Below, piece after piece: positions 19,150 to 27,352 of a stretch of DNA of 64,000 bases (position 1 is its first letter; each line of letters starts with the position of its first letter). A model generated the notes under the pieces. The model was given only the letters and a program-made list of their open reading frames with translations. It did no database searches and had not been told where the DNA came from. The stretch lies in assembly GCA_963667845.2 (NCBI GenBank), contig CAXXVL010000002.1:2848001-2912000 (forward strand), given 5' to 3'. This DNA comes from Smithellaceae bacterium (GTDB lineage Bacteria; Desulfobacterota; Syntrophia; Syntrophales; Smithellaceae). The translations under genes were made by a program, and so were the position numbers.

Positions 19150-20727
19150 ATGGTTACCATGGCGAAGTGCAAAGACTGTGGAAAAGGCGGATTCTTCTTT
19201 AAAGTAAATTCGGATGATCTTTGCAAGGAGTGCGAACGAATATCAGCATTAAGAACGAAAGAACAAAAACTACAAAGTGACCTTAAAGCATTAGAAGATG
19301 CTTGTGCGAAATGTAAGAATGAATATTTGGACATTAAAACTCGGAGAGATGAGCTTTATCGAAATATTTCTGAGCAGGCAAAGAATGACGCATTATCAAA
19401 AATATCGGAACAAATTAATGATCAAAATGAAAAGTTCCTATCTCTTGTTAATAAAACAGAAGAACAAAAAGCAAATCTCGCGGCAATTACCGAAGAATAT
19501 TCTCAATCGCAAAAGTCAATAACAACAAATGCTAATAAACTTCGAAAAATACAAACACTTTACAAAAGTATGCAATACTCGGTAAAAAGATTTTTTGATC
19601 AAGAATCATTATCAAAGGATATCCACACCGATACAACCTCTTCTGAATCTGAAGAATTATTATCAACAACTATTAAACTAAAGCTTCATTTAATGGATGT
19701 GAGGGAGCTTAGGAAGCTCTACAATCAGAATTATAGAATCATTCAAGACTTGCTTGCAAGATATCAAGATAGATACACAACAAAAGCAAATGTGACAATA
19801 TATAAATTAATGGTAATTGCACTTGAAGCTGAATTGCAAAATGTACTCTATAATTTAAAATATTCAAAACTTGATAAAGCAATTAATGACATCAAAAGAA
19901 TTACTGCAAAATATCTTAAGATTGCTATTGATGGTAATAAGAGTATTGCGCCGACCATGAATAAGTTTATTGGGGAAATCGAATATTTGTTCATTGAGGC
20001 AATAAAAATAGAATACGAATACTACATACAAAAAGAGCGCATAAGAGAAGAGCAACAAGCAATCCGAGATCAAATGCGCCAAGAAGCTGCAGAAAGAAAG
20101 ATACTCGAAGAAGAACGTAAGAAAATCGAACAAGAAGAATCGAAATTCCTTAACGAAATTGATAATGCAAAAGCTCAATTATCCAATACTACTGATGAAA
20201 TGAAGACGAAACAACTTGAGGAGAGGATTGCTAGGTTGCAAGAGCAACTTGGTGATGTTGAGCAGAAAAAGGAAGATATAACAAAGCTGCAGAAGGGAAA
20301 AGCCGGATACATCTATATAATTAGTAATTATGGATCGTTCGGGGATAAAGTATTTAAAATTGGTATGACAAGAAGATCAAATCCACAGGATAGGATTGAT
20401 GAATTAGGTGATGCCTCAGTTCCCTTCCGTTATGATGTTCATGGTTTGATATTTTCGGAAAGCGCACCTGATCTTGAATATAAATTGCATAAGCATCTGA
20501 ACAATCAACGTATAAATAAAGTAAATTTGAGAAAAGAGTTTTTTAATACAACAATTGATGAATTAGAAAATCTTGTTTATTCTTTGGAACCATCAGCCGA
20601 ATTCAATAAGACAATGCTTGCTGAGCAATACTATCAAAGTATGGCAGTCGAGGAGGTACCGGATGAAGTCCAAATCATTAACGAAGACGTATTAGATAAG
20701 GATGAAAAAGATGAAGAAATTGCTTAA
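19150..20727 (+). CDS. Cassette 11: DUF4041 coiled-coil plus T5orf172/GIY-YIG-like nuclease domain protein
   Basis: KAGYIYIISNYGSFG..FKIGMTRR.NPQDRIDELGDASVPF..DVH..N.RKEFF. Confidence 0.85.
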   Translation: MVTMAKCKDCGKGGFFFKVNSDDLCKECERISALRTKEQKLQSDLKALEDACAKCKNEYLDIKTRRDELYRNISEQAKNDALSKISEQINDQNEKFLSLVNKTEEQKANLAAITEEYSQSQKSITTNANKLRKIQTLYKSMQYSVKRFFDQESLSKDIHTDTTSSESEELLSTTIKLKLHLMDVRELRKLYNQNYRIIQDLLARYQDRYTTKANVTIYKLMVIALEAELQNVLYNLKYSKLDKAINDIKRITAKYLKIAIDGNKSIAPTMNKFIGEIEYLFIEAIKIEYEYYIQKERIREEQQAIRDQMRQEAAERKILEEERKKIEQEESKFLNEIDNAKAQLSNTTDEMKTKQLEERIARLQEQLGDVEQKKEDITKLQKGKAGYIYIISNYGSFGDKVFKIGMTRRSNPQDRIDELGDASVPFRYDVHGLIFSESAPDLEYKLHKHLNNQRINKVNLRKEFFNTTIDELENLVYSLEPSAEFNKTMLAEQYYQSMAVEEVPDEVQIINEDVLDKDEKDEEIA

Positions 20728-20749
20728 ATGACATTAATGTAAACGAAGC

Positions 20750-20805
20750 CCCCAACTAAAGCAATACAGCCGATTGCCACGCTCCGGTTCATTTTTTCGT
20801 TCCCT
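20750..20805 (+). repeat. attC-like site 11
   Basis: CCCCAAC...CAATACAGCCGATTGCCACGCTCCGGTTCATTTTTTC-GTTCCCT. Confidence 0.88.
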
Positions 20806-20814
20806 GAGGAATAA

Positions 20815-21267
20815 ATGATGGATAAACCATTCCAAAGAAAAGGTGCCAAAAGCAACGCTCATGTGGGGCGCGATTTTGAAAATCAGATTCAAGCGTATTT
20901 TGCAAAGCAGAATCTGCCGTTGAATGCTGGCATTTCAGTCCCCATTGGCATAAATGGGAAAAAGTATCATTCCTTCGACCTTTGCAATGAAGAAAAAAAA
21001 GTTCTTGTGGAATGCAAAGCACATAAATGGACAGAAAGCGATAAGGTGCCAAGTGCAAAATTAACCGTATGGAATGAAGCAATGTTTTTCTTTCATGCCT
21101 CACCTCCAGGTTATCAAAAACTTTTGGTAGTGCTGCATGATTTCAGTTCTAAAAGAAACGAAACGCTTGGGGAATATTACGTAAGAACATATTCGCATCT
21201 TATTCCAAAGGATGTTGAAGTTTGGGAATATAAGGAGCACAGTAAAGAGGGGAAAAGAATTAAATAG
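20815..21267 (+). CDS. Cassette 12: PD-(D/E)xK nuclease-like protein
   Basis: GRDFE, H.FDL, VECK motif arrangement. Confidence 0.7.
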   Translation: MMDKPFQRKGAKSNAHVGRDFENQIQAYFAKQNLPLNAGISVPIGINGKKYHSFDLCNEEKKVLVECKAHKWTESDKVPSAKLTVWNEAMFFFHASPPGYQKLLVVLHDFSSKRNETLGEYYVRTYSHLIPKDVEVWEYKEHSKEGKRIK

Positions 21268-21269
21268 CC

Positions 21270-21334
21270 AGAGAACAACGCACTGCACCCGATCGCAGCT
21301 TGCTAGGCTGCTCCGGCTCAGCTTTTCCAACGCA
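21270..21334 (+). repeat. attC-like site 12 (long class; right GTT core missing)
   Basis: AGAGAAC...CCGATC-GCAGCT-TGCTA-GGCTGC-TCCGGCTCAGCTTTTC followed by CAACGCA. Confidence 0.75.
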
Positions 21335-21356
21335 GTATAGACAAAAGGAGATTGTA

Positions 21357-21560
21357 ATGGCAAATCTTTCCGGCCCACAACCAGACATCAGATTTTGTCC
21401 CGTCTGCAAGTCAAATCTAATAAATGTGCCTAGAAACAAGATGAAGTCACAAGGGTATGTAAGAAAAAATGGTACAGTATCTGAACATACACATACATAT
21501 GAATGCACTAACTGCAAAAACCGTTTTGAGATAAACCAAGCTAGAGATGCAGTTGACTAA
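21357..21560 (+). CDS. Cassette 13: small Zn-ribbon protein
   Basis: AGGAG RBS, CPVC...CTNC; 67 aa. Confidence 0.7.
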   Translation: MANLSGPQPDIRFCPVCKSNLINVPRNKMKSQGYVRKNGTVSEHTHTYECTNCKNRFEINQARDAVD

Positions 21561-21609
21561 TCTGGAAATCCAGCCGATCGCTACGTTCCGACTGACTTTT
21601 TCGTTCGGC
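21555..21609 (+). repeat. attC-like site 13
   Basis: GACTAAT...ATCCAGCCGATCGCTACGTTCCGACTGACTTTTTC-GTTCGGC. Confidence 0.82.
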
Positions 21610-21617
21610 GCATAAAT

Positions 21618-21701
21618 ATGAATGTAGAAGAATATTCTAAAAACTTAACAGGCGAAATATCAGCGTTAAATAATCGGGTTCGTCATTATATCGATGACGC
21701 C
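21618..21701 (+). pseudogene. Truncated cassette 14 (N-terminus of a DUF6602-like protein)
   Basis: MNVEEYSKNLTGEISALNNRVRHYIDDA directly after GTT, then an early stop overlapping the next gene; family call from memory. Confidence 0.5.
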
Positions 21702-21727
21702 CAAAGCAACATTTGGAGGGCTGATTT

Positions 21728-22084
21728 ATGTGGATCTATCTTAACGCTGGCTTCTATTCCGTAGTTCACAAACCGCCGTGTCAAAAAGACGAGCTTCTGG
21801 TGAGGACACGGAGCAAAGTCGATATTGACAATCTGCAAAAGCAGCTCAAAGTAAAATTCAACTTCGATGGTGAAATCTTACCAACACCAAAAGCCGATTA
21901 CGCATTCCGAATAGTGGTTCCCAGGCACATGATCGCAACATTCTTGGTTAGTGCCGTCATGGAATTGGATTATGACAATTTCAAGAACACGATTCAGGGC
22001 AAGGACTACAAAAGACACGCTGCTTATATGAAATGCTGGGAGGCTATGTATGAATGGCAGCGGGATTTGAAGAACGAGTGTTAA
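21728..22084 (+). CDS. Hypothetical protein (phage/MGE type)
   Basis: GGAGG RBS; MWI...GFYSVV..LLVRTR..ADYAFR..LDYDNFKN. Confidence 0.75.
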   Translation: MWIYLNAGFYSVVHKPPCQKDELLVRTRSKVDIDNLQKQLKVKFNFDGEILPTPKADYAFRIVVPRHMIATFLVSAVMELDYDNFKNTIQGKDYKRHAAYMKCWEAMYEWQRDLKNEC

Positions 22085-22414
22085 ATTCTTTAATACGTCT
22101 AAATAGACGTCTCACGCACCAGTCTCTTTTTGAAAATTGATGAATTTAATTGCTTCCTGAAAGTGAGCATTTTGGATATTTCACAGACATGCAGTCTTTC
22201 TAATCATACTCCTGTGAGGCTATACGTGATAAATCATCAAACTTGACGAAAAAGAAATAAGGGAATGACCAATACCGGTTTATTACTAACCCGCTTAGAG
22301 AATTAGAAAAGGGGATTGTGCCTACTTACTCATAATAATAAAGTTAGGCAAGCACGCAACCCCCTTAATCTCGCGTGGCAAAAACTGAAGAGATGCCTTT
22401 CAGGTATTCACCGG

Positions 22415-24490
22415 CTAATATGATAAAGTTGGAGCTACTGTAATAGTTCCGGCAGCGCCTATTGCAACGTAAAGTGTATAAGCAGATGGTCCGCCTACTG
22501 TCCAATTCCAGGGAAAGGCACAGAGACAGGTAATTATCGTGTTCGCAGGAAGACTGATTGTGTATGAACCGTCAACCATGGTATGCACCGTGACGAACCG
22601 ATAGTCAGGGCTGTATCCGCCGTAACGTATCTGTACATAACTATTGGCCACAGGCAGACCTGTTGAGGCGCTCATCACTTTACCAGTCAGGATTGCTCCT
22701 GCGGGCAGGCTAATGGTGCCTAAGTCAACCCTACTGCCGTCTGAAGGCACAGCAATTTGATTGCCACTGACAGGATAATTCAGCTTACCGTTATAATCCT
22801 GCGATCCGACCATCTGTCCATTGTTCACGGATATGACGAGATAGACACTACTTCCGGGGATAGCATATTGCACAACACTACCATCCCCGTTGGTAACCTC
22901 CCATCCTAGAAACTGATAGTTTGTTTCGGATTTAGTGCTGAAGAGATCTACAAAAGCCATGCTTACCGGATTTCCGCTAGCATCCTTTATGGACGTGGTG
23001 ATCTCACTCATGGTGGCGCTGAAATCTTGGGTCACAGTTGAGCCGAGACTTACGACTACATATGCCATCTGACCACGGGAATAGATAATGTATGGATTCA
23101 GATTAGGCTGCAACCACAAGTTGTAGGTACCATCGGCACCGGTAGAAAGACTATGCGCAAACGCACCGGTGTAATCATTAACCTTGACAGAAATACCAGC
23201 GACAACATTGCCGTTCTCCGGCGCATCGCTGACCTTCCCCTGGATCAGGCCCCCGTCCGTCAGGTTTATGCTCGCCGGTATTGACCCGCCGACCGTGACA
23301 GTGATCTTTTCGGCCTGGTAAGTATTGATACTGCCGCCGGGAATTGCACTATTGAAATCTCCGCTCGCATAAGGTTGAGAGATGGTGCCATTGCGAAACG
23401 ATATGGTGTAGTCACCGGGTGACACATTTAAGCTGTATGTCCCATCTGGCGAAGTAATGGCCCATACTAATGTAATCTGAGAGTCGAAGTCACGAAGTGT
23501 AACTACAATGCCATCAAGGAGTGTGTTAGATGAACCTCCCGTTACTGTTCCACTGATACGTCCGCCATTATCAAGTTTAAAGTTAACGGCGATTGGTGTC
23601 GAAGAATCGACGGTGATCTTTCCTGCACCTCTCATGCCAATTGACCCGCCGCTGCTCGTCCACCACTGACTTGCCGCGTAGCTTTGGGTCGTATCATTGA
23701 TCGCACAAACAACATAGTCACCGGCCGGTACGCTAATGGTATAGTTGCCAGAGGTGTCCGTGCGGACAAAAGCCTGCGTGACTTGGTTGCCAAAGGTCCT
23801 GACCATTATCTTTATGCCAGGTAAAGGCGTATCGTTGGAGTCAGTGACTAGTCCGGTAATAGTACCGGAACCCAAGATGCTTGAGATAATATTATTGGAA
23901 TCAACGTTATTTTGAATGACAGCCTTGAGGGCGATGACAAGTTGGGTGGCAGTTAAATTCATTGGCACATTACCTATATTTTGTACCACGATCTCTTGAA
24001 CAGCAGCAACATAAGAGTAGCTTACTTTACTGAGAGTGGAACCAGCAGCACTGATAACGCCAGTAATAAGTGCAACAGTTGTCTGCGTGTATGGATTTAT
24101 GTCAACTGTGGTGCCAGTGACAAAGGCAGAAAGTGTAATTTTTGAGCCTGCTACTACGAGATAATTGGCGGATGGCTTGAAATTTACCGGTACTTTGAGC
24201 GTATACTTACCGGTACTGTCGGCATTCGTGATGCCTAGAATATCTATTTCATTCCCGGAATCATCGATTCGGACAAGCTTCACTCTTGTATGAGGTACAG
24301 GTGCCATGGAGTTGGCCCTCGCGATATCCTCACATTTATTATTCTTACAATCAATAACGCCGCCGGGGGCTGAGACAGTTCCAGATATCTTGTCTTCTCG
24401 ACAAGCTGGCAATAATGAGGCAACACTGAATATCAGGGCCATTAATACGACAAAATATTTAATGCGATTCTCATTGATGTAATTTACCAT
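22415..24490 (-). CDS. Large surface lipoprotein with repeated carboxypeptidase-regulatory-like beta-sandwich domains
   Basis: Lipobox-like LLPAC; repeated G.I.G.V ... DG.Y.l units; start placed at ATG 24490 by AGGAG RBS. Confidence 0.75.
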   Translation of the reverse strand: MVNYINENRIKYFVVLMALIFSVASLLPACREDKISGTVSAPGGVIDCKNNKCEDIARANSMAPVPHTRVKLVRIDDSGNEIDILGITNADSTGKYTLKVPVNFKPSANYLVVAGSKITLSAFVTGTTVDINPYTQTTVALITGVISAAGSTLSKVSYSYVAAVQEIVVQNIGNVPMNLTATQLVIALKAVIQNNVDSNNIISSILGSGTITGLVTDSNDTPLPGIKIMVRTFGNQVTQAFVRTDTSGNYTISVPAGDYVVCAINDTTQSYAASQWWTSSGGSIGMRGAGKITVDSSTPIAVNFKLDNGGRISGTVTGGSSNTLLDGIVVTLRDFDSQITLVWAITSPDGTYSLNVSPGDYTISFRNGTISQPYASGDFNSAIPGGSINTYQAEKITVTVGGSIPASINLTDGGLIQGKVSDAPENGNVVAGISVKVNDYTGAFAHSLSTGADGTYNLWLQPNLNPYIIYSRGQMAYVVVSLGSTVTQDFSATMSEITTSIKDASGNPVSMAFVDLFSTKSETNYQFLGWEVTNGDGSVVQYAIPGSSVYLVISVNNGQMVGSQDYNGKLNYPVSGNQIAVPSDGSRVDLGTISLPAGAILTGKVMSASTGLPVANSYVQIRYGGYSPDYRFVTVHTMVDGSYTISLPANTIITCLCAFPWNWTVGGPSAYTLYVAIGAAGTITVAPTLSY

Positions 24491-25043
24491 AGATGCTCTC
24501 CTCTCTTTTCTTGAAATTGAGAAATAAGTAAATTTGGCATTCTCAGCCACATCGGTCTTCCGCTTGAGTATCTCCATGTAATAAAGAAACGATATTGCTC
24601 GGTCCTAACGATCAAAAGCATGGATCAAATTCAAGCCACTTAGACAAATTTTGAAGCTGTCTGTTTCAGAATGATTAAGAAGATGAGTTGCTCTGCTTAT
24701 CCTGTAAAATTAAAAAAAACAATGATTTTTCGTTATGTAATAGTCATTTATATCAACTGTGATTGCATTGGACTCCTATACCATTTATTGTCTGATCAGT
24801 TAATCAAACGGGATTCTCATTTCTTGCAATGGTAAATTTTCATTTTGGCTGGCCATAATTACATAATAAATTACAATTTCAGCCCGTAATCTTTAATAAT
24901 TCTTAATTCATGAGTCTATTAACTTAGTAGGTGTAACAAATAGCCAGTCCCTTTTTTTCAGTGTCTAGCAATGTTATTGTTTTGACATTTGTTGACCCAC
25001 CCCTTATCCTCGTTTAGAAGACTGAAAGGCAAATTATGATATT

Positions 25044-25601
25044 ATGCACTCAAGAATCTTTAAAATATTAATACTCCTTTCCATAATTACCGCTTTGACG
25101 GCATTCATAAACATTCCATCCTCTCACGCCGCCATCCGTATGGTCACAGGCAAGGTCACCAAGGTATCAGATGGCGATACAATTCATCTAACAACTCGAG
25201 AACAAACAAAACTCCGCGTCAGACTCTATGGCATCGATGCCCCAGAAACGCCCAAGATCAATCATCGCACGGGTCAAGTCAATAAGCCGGGGCAACCCTA
25301 TGGTTTAGAATCGTGGCGGGCGCTGAAGGGCAAGATCAATGGACAGCAGGTAAGACTAGACATCCTCGATATTGACAAATACAGGCGCATGGTTGGTATA
25401 ATCTGGTTCGGTGATCGAAATATAAATATTGAGATGGTCAGCGAAGGCTTTGCAGAAGCGTTTATTGAATTTTTGAAACCACCTTACCGGTCAGAGTTTA
25501 TTCAAGCGGAACAGGAAGCACGAACGGCAAAAAGGGGGATATGGTCACTGCCAGAATACGAGCGGCCCAGGGATTTTCGCAAACGGTTAAAGGTTCGGTG
25601 A
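25044..25601 (+). CDS. Thermonuclease (SNase) family protein
   Basis: VSDGDT, VRLYGIDAPE, DKYRR, GIWS motifs; signal peptide. Confidence 0.92.
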   Translation: MHSRIFKILILLSIITALTAFINIPSSHAAIRMVTGKVTKVSDGDTIHLTTREQTKLRVRLYGIDAPETPKINHRTGQVNKPGQPYGLESWRALKGKINGQQVRLDILDIDKYRRMVGIIWFGDRNINIEMVSEGFAEAFIEFLKPPYRSEFIQAEQEARTAKRGIWSLPEYERPRDFRKRLKVR

Positions 25602-25605
25602 GATT

Positions 25606-25782
25606 ATGACAGAGAAACTTGATCAGAAACAAACCGTCGATCTCAAAGAATTGCTAATGTCTGAAGTGATTCAGTCAGAGGCATTGATCAATCTTCTGGA
25701 CAGGAAAGGCATTATTAGTAAACAAGAATTGCTAGAAGAAATGAAAATGGTTCAATCGACGATGATCAAATCAAAGGGGTAA
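25606..25782 (+). CDS. Small hypothetical protein (58 aa, below ORF-track cutoff)
   Basis: MTEKLDQKQTVDLKELLMSEVIQSEALINLLDRKGIISKQELLEEMK... Confidence 0.6.
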   Translation: MTEKLDQKQTVDLKELLMSEVIQSEALINLLDRKGIISKQELLEEMKMVQSTMIKSKG

Positions 25783-25847
25783 ATCAACAGCATAGTGCAC
25801 GATGAAACAGCATCGAACCTATTACAATATTATGGATATCGATACTC

Positions 25848-26570
25848 ATGCAGCGCAAAAGACTTAAGAGCAATCTGTCTGTTTCGGTTTTGCTGGTCAT
25901 TTTGGTTATCTCAGGTAGTTCCTGCTCAAAAGACTTGGCGGTGTCCGGCAAGGCTACAGACGAATCATCGCAGTCACTGAGACAGACAAAGACTATTGGC
26001 AATCTCCATACGCACACCACCTGTTCCGATGGAAAGAACACCTATGAGGAAATAGTGCAATATGCCCTCGGCTTGAATTTTGGATTTATTGCGATCACGG
26101 ATCACAAGTTTGGAGGTTCACCTCTATGCGAAGCTGTGATCTCCCAATGCCTAGCCGAGAAACGCTTGCTCTGTATTCCGGGCCAGGAAGTCACGGGGAA
26201 AGTCCATCTCCTCGCCATTGGTATCCAGCATGAAATTGACAAGCGCCTATCTGTGAAGAAGCAAGTCGAAGAGATCCATAAACAGGGCGGGGTGGCTATT
26301 GCCGCCCATCCTTTTAGGAAAGGCAACGCATACACAGATAAAGAACTTTTTGAAACAGGTCTGGATGCTGTGGAATGCAGAGGCATACCCGCAAAAAAGG
26401 AAAAAGATTTCTATGCAATGCTTAAGGAACACAATATTCCTTGTGTATATAACTCTGATGCCCATATCACTTTGCAACTGATACTGACATGGAATACCTG
26501 TGACGGTGAGATCACAAGCCTTGATGATCTTAAAAAAACATTAAAGACAGGAAAGTGCAGAAGACGGTAA
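25848..26570 (+). CDS. PHP-domain metal-dependent phosphoesterase, probable lipoprotein
   Basis: LHTHTTCSDG, AITDH, AHP, NSDAH motifs. Confidence 0.85.
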   Translation: MQRKRLKSNLSVSVLLVILVISGSSCSKDLAVSGKATDESSQSLRQTKTIGNLHTHTTCSDGKNTYEEIVQYALGLNFGFIAITDHKFGGSPLCEAVISQCLAEKRLLCIPGQEVTGKVHLLAIGIQHEIDKRLSVKKQVEEIHKQGGVAIAAHPFRKGNAYTDKELFETGLDAVECRGIPAKKEKDFYAMLKEHNIPCVYNSDAHITLQLILTWNTCDGEITSLDDLKKTLKTGKCRRR

Positions 26571-26635
26571 GCAATAGGTGGAACAGGATTCATGCGCCGA
26601 TGACAAACCAAAGGCATGAATAACGGAATTTCATT

Positions 26636-26878
26636 ATGACCCCGATAGAATCAATTTTTGAGATTAGATCCAGTGTTCACGATCTTCAGGCCTACCTGCA
26701 TTCCAAAGACAGTTTGGTTGCTAAAAAGGCACGAACGAAATACGAACATCTGGTTGACAGATTTTTCAGAGAACATGGCCGCGTTGTAAATCCGGCACAG
26801 CGCTCCCAGTGTTTGAACGATCATGCTTATTTTTTGACTTTGCTAGATTCTGCGGAAAGTAAGTATTACTGCGACTAG
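26636..26878 (+). CDS. Hypothetical protein
   Basis: 80 aa ORF only. Confidence 0.5.
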   Translation: MTPIESIFEIRSSVHDLQAYLHSKDSLVAKKARTKYEHLVDRFFREHGRVVNPAQRSQCLNDHAYFLTLLDSAESKYYCD

Positions 26879-27352
26879 GAATATTCAATAACGATCTGAT
26901 AAATTATTACTGCAACGTGAATAAGGTTCTTCCTGTTATCAATAAACTTTTTTCTTTCCTATGCAATCTTTCAATCGCTAACCAGCAAGATTGCCTCTTT
27001 TGCAACGCTAATAATACAAGATTGAAAATTTAACTTCTTTCTTACATAATTCCGTTTCTTCTTGCAATGTTTTCAACATATTGCATTATATTATTTTCCT
27101 TACATCCTAAAAAAGGACGCTAGCAGGAGAATAAAAACTGATGCTTCAATATCTTATTACTTGCTTGTGCAAAGTTATGTTTGAGATCCGCGTGAAACTT
27201 TAGTATATTTTCTACGCCTTTTATTTTATGTCGTGATCAATCATAATACTTTCCGTATATTAAAATGTTATGTATTATAGGAATGACTGGATTCAACGAA
27301 AACGGACATTCACAAATATTTAAAATCTCTCTTAAGCGAAGCATTTTAGATT

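Larger units (their letters stand above)
11272..21701 (+). mobile_element. Integron-type gene cassette array without integron integrase (CALIN-like): 13 cassettes plus 1 truncated
   Basis: Co-oriented single ORFs separated by 13 related imperfect palindromes, approximate consensus NNNNAAC-N6-AATaCAGCCGATCGCTaCGCTCCGGcTGAttTTTC-GTTNNNN. Confidence 0.9.

Noticed and set aside
11983..21609. Repeat family read as a CRISPR array or REP elements
   Set aside because: Spacing is 0.3-1.7 kb with whole ORFs between repeats, no cas genes are present, and the ends co-vary with cassette starts.
24723..24738. TGATTTTTCGTTATG resembling an attC right end
   Set aside because: No left half or hairpin; could be chance in AT-rich DNA.
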